Origin: Octopus sinensis
Taxonomy: Eukaryota
DNA length: 64,000 bases
Reading direction: 5' to 3'
Assembly (NCBI RefSeq): GCF_006345805.1
Contig: NC_042997.1
Coordinates: 157,976,001-158,040,000 of the forward strand
Shown here: positions 26,001 through 38,788 of the stretch, piece by piece
Layout: each line of letters starts with the position of its first letter
Numbering within the stretch: position 1 is the stretch's first letter
The notes under the pieces: generated by a model
The model's input: only the letters and a program-made list of their open reading frames with translations
Told to the model about the DNA's origin: nothing
The model's database searches: none
Position numbers and translations under genes: made by a program

Positions 26001-26696
26001 CTGAATTTAGGTACATATGTTCATATTGCTGTCGGCTTATTATTTTTAGGGGTTTCAATGTCACTGTTTGATGACCTGAAATCTCACTCCAATTCTCAAT
26101 TCTTATTCCCGTTTCATCTTTGGTTTATTGTATTAACACTTTACAATGAACAAAATGTTAAATTTTAGATAACGTGAGTTAAGTCATTCTTGTTGTTTAG
26201 TTTCAGTTCAGAGATCCCAGTCATAACCACCTCTTTTTCTTTTGATAGGTATAACTATTTCATTCAACAAAATCCACCTTTATCCAGAAGAAATTAAGAG
26301 ATTTGACATGTTGGTTTTAACAGTTAAAATATAAGTGCCCTATCAAAACTTGCTTTGAACCTAGCAGTTTTATAGGAAATTGAATTATAATATGATAACT
26401 GATTCGTAATAAAAATAAATTTAAAAGTTACCATTCTGGGTTAGAATATGAAAATGTGTATGGTTAAGGGGTACGGTATGTGAACTATTCTAACAAAATA
26501 AAACATTTAAATAACCATACAAGAATACGTTGCCAAAACTGATATATATATATGATAAAGAAAAAAACAATAAGTAAACATTGTTAAGGAACATAACAAT
26601 GTGCTTTAACTGAAACAGAATACATAGTAATAAAATACATTAATGAAATAAACGTACAAGAATAATTTGTCAGAACTGAGTAGGGTTAAAAGACAA

Positions 26697-26861
26697 TTCT
26701 TTTCTAATATAGGCATAAGGCCCGAAATTTTGGGGGCGGAAGCCAGTCGATTAGATAGACTCCGGTACGTAACTGGTACTTAATCTATCAACCCCGAAAG
26801 GATGAAAGACAAAGTCGACCTCGGCGGAATTTGAACTCAGAAAGTAGCGACAGACGAAATA
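26697..26861 (-). mobile_element. tRNA-derived SINE (second family), 5'-truncated
   Basis: AACTGGTACTTAAT.TATC.ACCCCGAAAGGATGAAAG.CAAAGTCGACCTCGGCGGAATTTGAACTCAG: B box plus Nin/Deu-like GCCTTTCATCCTTTCGGGGTCGATAAAT on the minus strand. Confidence 0.88.
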
Positions 26862-26863
26862 CA

Positions 26864-27092
26864 TATTTCTTTACTACCCACAAGGGGCTAAACACAGAGG
26901 GGACAAACAAGAACAGACAAACGGATTAAGTCGATTACATCGATCCCAGTGCGTAACTGGTACTTAATTTATCGACCCCGAAAGGATGAAAGGCAAAGTC
27001 GACCTCGGCGGAATTTGAACTCAGTACGTTATGGCAGACGAAATACCGCTAAGCATTTCGCCCTGGTGCTAACGTCTCTGCCAGTTCGCGCT
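26864..27092 (-). mobile_element. tRNA-derived SINE (second family), near full length, with a different tail
   Basis: Same core as the adjacent copy, plus head GCGAACTGGCAGAGACGTTAGCA and tail TTTCTTTACTACCCACAAGGGGCTAAAC. Degenerate relatives lie near 6640, 25500, 35140, 47130, 51570, 60160 and 60345. Confidence 0.9.
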
Positions 27093-28264
27093 ACATTAGC
27101 TGAATTTATGAACTTTAAAAGCTTTCGGCCGCTTACAATACTCAACAAAAGAAAAACACAATGGTTTCAAATAATGTATCGAATAGAAGTTAACTCTTTT
27201 GTTATAGTTTCAACTTGCAATCGTAGTTCTCTTCAACTTCCTCTTTCAGCTTTCGATCACATCGTATCTACTTCCGCTACGTTTCTTCCCCAGTTTCTTA
27301 TATCGCAATTTTCCCAGATAGATTATATACAAGTGTCGTGGGTGTTTTTGTAGGCCTCTTCGTATTAGAGAGTAAAATCTCACGCACTCTTTGCCAACGT
27401 GTCTGTGCGACTCTGTGTATCTGTGCTTATTTGTATGTGCGTGTGTGTTTGTGTGTGTGTGTGTGTGTGTGAATGTAAGTATCTGTATATGTGTGGCCTG
27501 TGCTTTTGACCAATTAAGCAACATAATCTTAACATTGACTGGATAGCGAGTTAAACGTAATGTGTCTCTTGGCTAGTTGAAACCATAAGGAAATTCCAAT
27601 TATTTGAAATAACTTTCCTCTTATGTTATTGATCTTCAAAAAGCCTTAATTTAGAACAATTTCTATTTTCAACCCACTTAAGATATAAAGATTTGTATAA
27701 TTAAATCCGTGTGTCAAGCATCTTTAAGAAGAAGTAGGCTTCTGAAGAATCGTGTTTGTGTCCGCTATAATCACCATTTGCGGTCACGCCAGATTACTTC
27801 GGATTCAATAGCTTAATAAAAATACATTATCCCACAAAAGGATTTTTACTTCCTCATATACCTGCGTAAATTTTCTTATACATATTAACTAAACCTTTCA
27901 GAAGTGCAAACGAATCAACATTTAAAGGGAGCATGTTTAACTAGTGAGTAAATATATGTATGATTTGTATATATTTTGAAAAAAAACTATGATGTAGCGG
28001 AGAGGGAAGAGAGCTGTGCTATGACTTATATCAAAATTTATTATATTTCATTGATTTCTAATGTTTTAAGATATTAGTGCTAGATGAATTATAATTTATT
28101 CTTCTACATTATCACTACAATACAGCTACTATAAACTTAGATTTTTAGTTTTAATTTGATGAAATAAAATCCAGAAATGTTGTGAATATAATTCAATGCC
28201 TCATTGAACGCATGTATCAAACATTTGTAAAACATGACCCACAATAATAACATAATGATAATGA

Positions 28265-31200
28265 TTCTTACTATATTGGCCACAATGGTGGCACACAAAA
28301 ACAAAGGACGGTATATCACAAAGGACAATGGGGATTGACATACATTGCATGTAAAGACGAAAATGAATAACAATTAACAATAAAAATTCGGACAATAAAA
28401 TTCCCCAAGAGAAGGGAAGCCCCACAATGGCGCAACTAAGGATCCCACTCACCCTTACACACCGAACGCCAAGGTCACTTCGGGCGGGCACCTCTCTCCT
28501 TTCTTTTCTATCTGGTCTACAGGTGCATGCATAGGGGAGGTCCATTCCCAAGTGCTATCATCGCCCATCCACTCACCTTTCAACAAGTTACTGGTCGGCA
28601 GCGCTTCCCTCTCCACACTCACTTTCGTTGCCCGGAATTTGAAGAAGTTGATGAAGTTTTGGCTGAAGAAGAAAGTGTCTGAATACGGGATATCGCATGT
28701 CTGCTCCTCACCGACCAGTTTATCGACAAATGCTAACTTTTGGCTAACAACTTGGTCAAAATCTTGTAATCTGCAATTAGCAGACTTACGGTCCGAAAAT
28801 GATCTATTTTGTCTCTCTTGTTTAGGTCCATTCTCTGCAGCATCACCACGCTCCAGCTCACATTACTGGAAATTCTCCAGTTCTTTTGCCATTTGTGGTA
28901 GACATCTGCCAAAAGATCACCGAACACATTTGGTATATGAAAATAAAGCTCGAAAGGTAGATCATCTATCTTCAGAGATTACTCCCTTGTGCAGCTTATC
29001 TTCGGATTTTACTGGTATTTCGCAGAACCCCGAACCCCGTGTGCTCCGTATAGTTCAGCAAATACCACTAAAATTCTGCACACATCTGCTTGGATTCGAG
29101 TAGCATGGGTCCGTCCCAGCCCATCAAAAATCGAATTGGGGCTTCACTGTCGCGTTGCACCTACGCCACCTGGGTTAACCGAACGTCTTTCATCTTTTCG
29201 TGTCTTTGAGCACGCGCTCTAGCTCTGACAATGCAACCTTCGTGCTTGGTATTGAAGAATTGATAAAGGTGTAATCTCTCTGCCAGCATGTTGGATGCTA
29301 TGCCTTACCCTAACGCCTCTACTCTATTAGTCCTCTTCAGGGCTATTCCTCCGTCGGTTGTTGACGACTGCACCCAAGGACTGCCGATGACTAACTTGCT
29401 AAGTCGGTCTCTGAAATCTTGATGTGCTGAGAACGAAACGTTCAGTTTCCAGTATAAGTAAATCGTATCTAGATCGATTGTGTAGCCAACCACCTCGAAC
29501 TGTGAACAACATATGCTCCTTCTATCTACGGCCTGCCGAATACTAGATAGGATCTGGAAGATTTGATGCTATTTGCACATGTCCACTTTGGCGTTTTCGG
29601 CAAATTCAGTCGGTACCTCTCAGTCAGTTGGAAGCGGCTGAGGAAGTTTGTGAGGCTTTCGAACCCATCTTTTCTATCGGCAAGCCCCACCCTAACCAGG
29701 CGTGCAAGAAGGTACTTGAGTAGCATTAAATATCGAGACGGCCAAAGGAGAACTTCCAAACGCTTGAAGAAATCAGACTGCCTGTCCCAGTCGGAGCGTA
29801 CTTAACAACTACTCTATAAGCACCACCTTCACTATTGATCTTATCTAGAAGCACCAACTTATCATCCGGGTCCAGCAGATTTAGCTCTTTTCTAAACAGC
29901 AATAGCATCCCATTCCAGAACGACTAAGAGATGCACAGATCTCGAAGTCGCCACAAATGGGGGTTAGTGTGCGCATGAAAGAAACCCTGGACTCACTGTT
30001 GTCTATCACACCGAAGCCTTTTAACCTAACCTCACTTCCAGGACGACCCCAGGTCATGCATATTTATGAAACCTATTCTAATAATCGCCATGTTAGTTGA
30101 AAATGCTGAGTGGGGTTACTTATCCTCTTTGTGCTATTGGTGGGCTGTTGGCCCGACTCCCGAGTTTGGATGGGGTTCCTTTGGGAGCCCCTTTAGAAGT
30201 CTGCTGGTAGCATTTATATTCAGGGTTCCCCAGCATAGGGTAAAACATCCCAAACAGACTTGAACATTTTAAGTAGCATTCACACGAGCATCAAGTCTTC
30301 TGGCGCTTTAAAATGCTGGTGCCATAAAATGCACCTGCCTCTCCCTATATTTTATTCATCGTTGGCTCTCCTCACAAGCACGAAAATTGGTCTCTGTGTG
30401 GTTGACTATTGTTGTGTGAGGTTTCTTTTTGGGGCGAGGTGGGTTTGCGTTAGTGATGGTGGTGCTCGGGGAGGTAGCAGTGGTTATATTGAAAGTTATA
30501 GTGCTGGTGGGGTTGGTGGTGTGTTTTCGATGTGTATATGTTTGTTGAGAGAACGTTTCCTATGTTTTCTTGTGTGAGTTTTGGTGTGAGGCTAGGCGTT
30601 TTTGTGTTTCCTTTTTTGGGGGTATTTGGGGTTCCTCATCTTCATTACAAGATGTGAGGAACCAGTGTCTGTTGAATATGTTTGTGTGAGTCCCTATGTG
30701 TGTTTGGGAAAGGGAAAGCTGGGATGTGAGACGCTCCTGGCAGTTCTTTCTGTTGTTTTTCTTGTTAATGTTGGTGGTGAAAATGATGGTCATGCTGAAG
30801 TTGCTAGGGCTGTTGTTGTTTCAGTTACTTTAGTTGTTGATGTATCTAACGGTCCTGTTGGCTTTGGAGATGCTGGTGTAGTTAGTGTTCCTGTTGTGGC
30901 TCTAACTGACGGTAATTTTGGCATTCCGGATGTCTCTGTCGTTGTAGTAGTAGTTGTTGTTGTTGTTGATGATGATGATGATGATGATGCAAGTATGGCT
31001 AAATTTTCTTTGTTGTAGATGAGAGTGTATTGCTGGTGGTATAGGTGGACTCGTGTCCCATATCTGTTTTGGACATAAAGCTGACAAAGGTTGCATTTAT
31101 AAGTTCTACCTTCTATGACAACACACAGTTGGACAGCTCTATGAACTTCGGAATTCTTTGTATGATCTCGGACTTCACATATAGCAAAATCTGTAGGTTT

Positions 31201-31690
31201 ATCCCTGATCAGTTCTCTCTGCTTTGTTTGACCATTAGGAGTGTCTCCGGGTCCCCTAAGACTACAAAGGTCACGGTCCATCAGATTTTCACACCAGGCA
31301 GGACACCCGGTATCAGCAGCCTGGCAGTTCTGCTCGAGTGATATGTTGGATACAGGATATACTCCTCAATTCAATAGTGTGTTACTAAGTGTTTTCGCGT
31401 GAGGTCCACACTTTTGAGGAGGATGTCGATACTGCTAAACTGTCTTCTCTTTGCATGTGGGCCACATCTTCCATAATGTTTTTCAGAGCCTTCTCCACTT
31501 GACTAATTGAGGCCGCCTCGGTTCATCTGCTCTTTAGTGAAATACATACGTAATGGACTTATCTTTTTGCTCGTTTTTCCATGATTTCTGATTGCTGCCT
31601 TACTCCATTCAAATTTAATAAGTGTTTAGGTTTGAGCCAGTTCCCTATTTTTGTCATCTAGAGCTACAGGAAATATTTCTTTTTTCAAAA
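28265..31690 (-). mobile_element. Decayed Tx1/L1-clade LINE with most of RT deleted
   Basis: ORF1 remnants (RAVQLCVVIEGRTYKCNLCQ plus a Thr/Ser-rich tail), APE remnants (VVVKYAP, TPKWTCANSIKSSRSYL, YWKLNVSF) and the RT entry DKIDHFRTVSLLIADYKILTKLLAK. The 3' UTR ends in AAGAAT CATTAT CATTAT. Confidence 0.8.
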
Positions 31691-33489
31691 AATAATATAC
31701 CCACAGGGAACTCAAATCTGCGGTAAAAAAAATACAGCTATTGCATTAATTAATATATGATTTAGTCATATGTGTTGAAAGCAATATATTCTGACCGATT
31801 TCTCTGCGATATAATAACGCAAAGTACTTATTAAATTATAGACAGTAAATCTTCGCTTAAATACGGAGAAATGCTCGCGTGTATGTGTGTATGTATGTGT
31901 GAATGTATGTGCATGTGTGTGTCTGTTTGCGATGTGCACCGATGACATGTCCAAATATTAGCTACAGATTTATTAACGAAGTTTTGATATGCTTCTCCCC
32001 TCCATTAAGTTCTCACGATGTTCTCATGAGACTACAGACACTTCAGTTATCAGAAATACAGTAAAGTAGTGAATGGTTCGTTGGAAACTCGTAATAAATG
32101 ACGCTGTTCTTCATTAAGTGCGAAATAAAACAAAATCATAAATGACTATGAAAGTAGTTGTAAAGCGTCTTTCGATGCTGTGCCATTTCATTGGCGAAAA
32201 TAAATTAAAGGTTGTGAATGAAAGCAAACGACGAAAGAAAATTTATGCTGACATTATACTTGAAAAGAACAAAGCATATAACCATCATTAAGCAACAAGC
32301 GATGCGATCGAGTGTTTGAGTTAGAAGTATAAGTTGTTTTGTGAACATGGACCGTAAAGATCAGGAACTGGTATAGACCAAACGAATAAAGATTAGAAAT
32401 AAACAAATTTAATTCTGTGCACATATGAAATCTTCGAAAGCAAAGATCTCTTAAATGCAACGAGAACTTTATTATTATAATACAAAATAAAAAAAAAAGA
32501 CTTAGGTACGCCTTTTAAATCAAATAGCTTTATCAAAGTTGTAAAGTTTCTAAATTTAAAAATGTCAGCTACATATTAGTTTTTATAACACTTGAACGAG
32601 ACATCAAGTATTAAAGTATTTCTACACTATTGGTTGTCTCATTTATTTTCTCCATGATTATCAGAAGACTTGCTTGTGGTATATTATAACAATCGACATT
32701 TTTAGAATATACAGCTGGGAACTGTTCTGCAATGTGAACATACGTGTCTTATTGTATATAGTTTGGAAGCTGGTAGGGAATAAGTTTTCCCAATTTTCTC
32801 GACCATAACTTAACAAAGACCACACTGGAAACTTTGCAGTAGGCTTAATGATCTTTGTAACTTCATAGCTCCATAAGTTACGTTGATATATTGTGTTTTC
32901 TTCTGAATAATATCTGCTCCAGCTTGCCAGAAGGAACTCATGCAGTTCATCTCAGTTTCCAAACACACTTGTTGATGGTAGCTGAAAATTAACTTAGATT
33001 CCCAGTAGATTATTGATTTCAAATTTTAAAAAAATATTGCATTCTTGTTTATTTCCATTGATTTTTTTACATCAAAAAACGAAGGGAAATTTAAATTGTT
33101 TATTTAACACATACTCACGCATATACACACGCGCTCGCACACACACACACACGCACACACACACACACCACACACACACACACAAACTCACGCTAGCTCG
33201 TGCACACACAAGAACACACACATTAGCAGCAGTCTTAGCAAACAAAATACTATCAACTTAATCATATAAACCATAAAAACTGCACCATTAAAAATGATTT
33301 TCTTTTTGAATATTCGCAAATATATACGTACAGTGTTTATGTTTGGTGTGTATTTTGTTCCAACATATTTAAGTACTGACTTAAAAATCAATATATACAA
33401 AAGTAAAGGAAAAATTGAATACCACATTTTTATTAACTGATATAGGCGATTCAAATTACATATATATATGTAGATTAACTCTCTTATTT

Positions 33490-34560
33490 TTTTACACAAA
33501 CATACTTCATGCAATTACTATCAGAAGTGATGCAATTACGCTATCGTCAACCCAACTCACGAATCGTCTCTGAAAAGATTCAGCTATGTACTGTTATAAC
33601 CACTTCTTCACAGTCACTTTCGTTTTACCTATGTCATCAAATCTTTGTTTCATAGGACCAAGCAGTTGGGAGGTGGCGGGCACCTGATCAGAGTGTTGTA
33701 CGGTGGAACGGAGAAGAGTAACCAGCTTAATTTCCTCATTGGCTGATTTGTTACCAAACACGTGTGTTGTCACGCATTGTCACGGTAAATGTGGATCGTT
33801 TTCAGATTCTTGTTTCGTCTCTTCTTAACGGCTTCTTTAATATTTTGAAGTATTTCTTTGTATTGCTCGCTCTTCACTGCATAGCTACGTTTCAGGAAAT
33901 CTAGGAGAATGATGCATATGTCATGCCCCAAATCAGTCACCATGATTTTTGTTCGATAGCTAGTTCTTGAATATATTTGGTCTTGGAGAAGAGGTACGGT
34001 GCCATTCCATACCATTCATTTTCGGATCATAAAGGTAAACTCATCATACATGCCTTGCCATCAGATTGGAAGCAAATTGTGTGCTTTGGCTTCAGGCGCT
34101 TCTAGCAGACAAGATTAGGTTTTCATACTTCTCGCCTTTAAATCAGGTATCAACAACCGCATTTATCTATACCCAAAGTCTTCTATTATCTTCTGTGTTA
34201 CATTGTGACCATTGCCCAGTTGTATCGCAAGCCCACTGACTGTGATACGTCACTCCACACGAAGCAACCCGTCAATTGTGAGTAATCGTAGGCAATATTT
34301 TTCTACCTGTTGTGTGGTTTGTCTTTAATGACATTTCCCCCTTCTTTGAACTTCTTAATGCTTCTGTGCGCATAGCTCTTGAATCATGTCTTCGTAAACA
34401 ACCTATTGTTATTTGCGATGCCGAACGGCCTGCACACCTTCATCATGAGTTAATATTTGCCTGCAATGAAGAAAAACAGGTTGAAGAGTTTCTATCGAGA
34501 AAGATACCAGCATGGGAAATTTGAATGAACTTGGTCAGTTAATAAGAACGTTATGTCGAC
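33490..34560 (-). mobile_element. Decayed mariner transposase
   Basis: KIMVTDLGHDICIILLDFLKRSYAVKSEQYKEILQNIKEAVKKRRNKNLKTIHIYRDNA matches mariner K.M..VFWD..G++L+DFL...HDNA. VYLYDPK resembles W..YDPE. Many stops and frameshifts. Confidence 0.8.
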
Positions 34561-35779
34561 TACTTCTTTTGGTATAATTAAAATTCGTGATAGTAGCAGG
34601 TAGAATGTTATATTAGATATTTCACTCCAACTATTTCGTTCCCTGTTTTGGTCTTTTGCTATATGAACTGTATCTGGAACAATAATTATACATGCACTGT
34701 TTGGAGATTTGCGGCGCATAATGCTTACAGAGATCGAACTAGCGTTTTAGTGAAGGAAGTGCTCCACGTGGGTAACAGTAAACAAGCAGTAATAGAGACA
34801 GTGGAATATAATATTTATTATATATCTAGTGCGGTATCATAATGAAATTGCTTCGTTTGATTAATATAAATTACCTAGTAGCTACCATATTATTTCAGTT
34901 GTAGCTGGCAAAATTCATCTTCTGATACTAAATATAATTAGCCGTTATAAAATAATTTCTAGTAATATCAGTGACCTATAACAAATAGCCACATAAGTTA
35001 TATTCTTACTAATGAAAAAGTAAAAATGAGCAAAAATCTAGTGGATTTATTTTGCCCTTGGAAGTACGAAAGCGTGAGTTAGCTTTACCATCATTTGATT
35101 TAAATATAAAGAAGTAAAGTTAACAATGCAGTGGAGGTTTCAGGGTTCAAATCCCAACGAGGTCAACTTTGTTTATCATCATTCCGGCGCCAATAAGATA
35201 TTGTATCAATGAAGTAAAACCAAATCGATTTAATCGACCCTTCTTAATATTAACCCTTATATTGAGGAACAGACCTCAAAATGAGAAAGCCTTTGTACGA
35301 CGTTAAAATAAAAAAAAAAATCAATGTTTTGGTGAGCTCTATGACACTTTCGACTTCGGGCAATTTCTATAATACTTTATATCTTACGCAAGTCAACCTG
35401 TCGGAGATGATGCCTCTTTCAATTATACCAATCGTAATGAACGGGTTTTATACTGTCATAAATCTGCCGAAGTTAATAATGAACAAGTATTTCGTCAAGT
35501 ACTAAAATGAAGTTATATTATAGATAGATTGTTGATGTTCTTGCAGTTATCATTATTGTTGATTCGCTGCAGGCTAATCTTGATTGAAAAACCAATGATT
35601 GAAAGCATTCTTCTAAGAGTAAGTTGATGCATGTATGCGTGTATGATCGTATGTATATATGTATGTATGTATGCATGTATGAATATGTGCGTGTGTATGT
35701 ATATATGCGATATATGTCTATATGCGTATATATAATATAAAATATCTCTCTCTTTCCTTCTCTTTCTCTCTTTCTCTTT

Positions 35780-35890
<111 letters not shown>

Positions 35891-36254
35891 CTTTCCGAAT
35901 GGTTAAGAATTTGCATAGCAATCATGAGGTGCTGTTTTCTAATTTGCTGTCCGCTATCTTGTGGAATGCAATTTTCTGTAAAATCGGATCGACAAAGTCA
36001 TTGTGATTTAAAGTCAGTGGAGAGAAAATTAGCAGAATCCCTCGGATGGATTGTAATTATAACTGAAAGGTCCACTCTTGTCATACTAGGTCAAACTGAT
36101 TTCACATGAGAATTACATTAACAGTCAACGTATTTCTGGCGTACTCTTATACGCTATTGCAATGATGGTGGTAGTTTAGTAGATTTAGCAACTGAACGTT
36201 CTTGGTTTGAAACTCTCTCTCTCTCTCTCACACGCATGCACACAATTTTTATCT

Positions 36255-36470
36255 TTCTTTTTTACTTCTTTCAGTCATTAGTCTGCAGCCCGCTGGGGAA
36301 CCATCTAGAGGAACTTTGGTAGAACGAATCGACACCTGTACTTACTTTTTTAAAGTCAGTTGCTTATTCAATCGGTTTTTATTTTCGCCGAACTGCTAAG
36401 TTACAGGGCGCATAAACGTACCAACACCGGTTGTCAAGTGGTGGTAGGAAAAAACAAACAGACGCAAACA
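36255..36470 (-). mobile_element. Degenerate SINE 3' half (family of 5122)
   Basis: TTTCAGTCATTAGTCTGCAGCC...GAATCGACACC...GCCGAACTGCTAAGTTAC...CCAACACCGGTTGTCAAG. Confidence 0.8.
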
Positions 36471-36916
36471 TATATACGTGTGTATGCGTGTGTGAGTATA
36501 TATTCATATAGATGCACAAACATATATTGCTTTATGTACGTACACATCAATGTGCGAGTAGTTGTAAGAGTGGTATCAGAGGTTCTTTCCCCACAAGTAT
36601 CTCAAACTACATTATTAAATTCTATCTTTTCTTCGTTAAGAAGTGCGATGTGATTAGAGGTATCTGTGGCTGATAGAAATATAAAGCATGTAATGTCCAA
36701 ATGAGTATATATTGTAGTGATCACGTTCGCTGTGGGGTGGTTATTTCTCCTGTCAATGTAAATAAAATGCACTCACTATAAGTTCATTTTAGCTCTTATT
36801 TCTAGCAATGTAGGGTCTACCCAATACCCTCAGTCACAACGAGTGACAAGTGAATTTTTCCTTTTTGATTTTATATTGCACATAGCCACCTTCATTATTT
36901 TACATATATGTATATG

Positions 36917-37030
36917 CATACATACACACATACATACATACATACATACATACATACATACATACATACATACATACATACATACACACATACATACATA
37001 CATAATACATACATACATAAATACATACAT
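36917..37030. repeat. (CATA)n microsatellite
   Basis: Seen directly. Confidence 0.95.
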
Positions 37031-38271
37031 AAAATCATAATTTAGAGTATCTAAGAGATACCACCACACTGGAAATAGCACTCAATACCAGTTTCAAGGG
37101 TTTTCGCACAGAAGCCCTATTTCCGACGATGCGATTTCTGGTGGTTTTCGGTACATGAGGAAGTCCGGAGGCGGTGAAAATAGCTTTGCTTGTTTATCCA
37201 GGTGTCCCATGTAACTTGCGGCCAATATTGCTTAAATCCCTAGCTGTAACAGTCTTGGAGGTCCCGCAATTGGATCGTTTCTACCTTCGTGCTCATATCA
37301 CTGAATAATTCATTATGTCAATAAATGTTATTATATTATTATGGTTTTTGTTAAATATATACTCAATGTATGCTTAATATATATCATTACCCTTCATTTT
37401 CTGAAAAACTAAAAATCTCTAGATGGGCTACTTCCATTCAAAAGCTATTTGTGTGGCTCACCCCAAAATTGAAAAATTTGAAATAAAAAAGAAACGCCGT
37501 TACACAGAATAATGAAAATATAAAAATGGTGTAACCATAGTGCGAAAACCAGCTGGGAAAATCGAGTAACAGAAAACCGAGAAATCCTAAATTTCATTCT
37601 TAAGCTAATTGCGTATTTCTGTATATATATATATATATATATCTATATCAAAAGGATGTGTTATGATACTATTCCACATATACAAAGACAGCCAGGCCAA
37701 GAATCAAATATACCTTCATCATCAGCCGCCCCACGGATATCATTATGGTTTTGACACCTGGGCAGTACTCTTCAATCCGGCGGTATCAACAGCACTAAAA
37801 TAAGTGTTGTTGAGAACAAACATACCAAAGAAACCACAATTTTCAAATACATTTACACTATGTACAACCGTATCGGTAAATAAATTCAATAAGTAAATTA
37901 CAACCAACTCCTAAGTACGTAACTAAGCAGCGGACAATCCTTTAAGTCATTCAAATTTTATAATTCCCCACTGTCTTCCATAGTATATTATAAAAGTGAA
38001 AGTGAAATTTGATTCATTCAATCAAATTACAGGCAGGATTAAACAAAGAAACACATAAACCAATGTACATTGTATCGGTTATTAAAAATAAACATGCTAC
38101 ATCGCGAACAATCTTTAAGTTCATACAAATAATAATCTCACCAGTCTTCCATACTACTACTTTATATAAATCTCTTCAAAACAAAACAAACGCGATTGAA
38201 TTAAATTAAACTAATAATATAGTTATGATTGAAAAGTTAATGATAAAACATTACATACAGTTCTATATTTA

Positions 38272-38606
38272 AGAGATGAGGAATTATGTACATTATTTAC
38301 ATTATTTACATTTGACGGATATTTGTCCTCATCTTACTTGTTGTTAACACAACGTTCAGCCTTCATCAGATGTCTTGGAGAAATTTCGAACCTGGGTTCA
38401 CATTCCTAAGGTATTTTAATAATAATAATGATAATAACGATAATAATGATAATAATAACATCGAAAAATACCTTAAGAATGGGAACCCAGGTTCGAAATA
38501 TCCCCAAGACACCTGATGAAGGCTTGAGGGTATATCAGCCGAAACGTTGTCTTAACAACAAACAAGACGAGGACAAATATCCGTCAAATGTAAATAATGT
38601 AAATAA
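38272..38606. mobile_element. Palindromic PLE-pLTR pair (38293-38417 / 38465-38606) around an (AAT)n spacer
   Basis: Arms are reverse complements. The right arm has an HHR; the left arm has the same HHR with helix II deleted. Confidence 0.9.
38506..38553 (+). ncRNA. Minimal type-I hammerhead ribozyme
   Basis: AAGACAC CUGAUGA a GGCU ugaggguauauc AGCC GAAA CG UU GUCUU. Helix III is reduced to the palindrome ACGU, the triplet is GUU, and helix I has one mismatch. Confidence 0.7.
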
Positions 38607-38788
38607 AACACTACATACTCATTACTATATCATCGCTACAAGCTATGATATTAAATTACCAATAACTAATAGAAACATTACATTTAATTAAATAGGAACT
38701 AAAAATAGTACTTGTGATTAACAATTATTATAAAACCTTGTTATGTTTAAAGCTAATATGATATCCGAGCTAAAGATGAGGAAAAAAA

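Noticed and set aside
30790-31281. Mucin-like Thr/Ser-rich ORF
   Set aside because: It lies in the ORF1 position of the Tx1-like LINE on the same strand; explained as its low-complexity tail.
37099-37550. 11-bp inverted match GGTTTTCGCAC / GTGCGAAAACC
   Set aside because: Too short, and no target duplication or clear termini were found.
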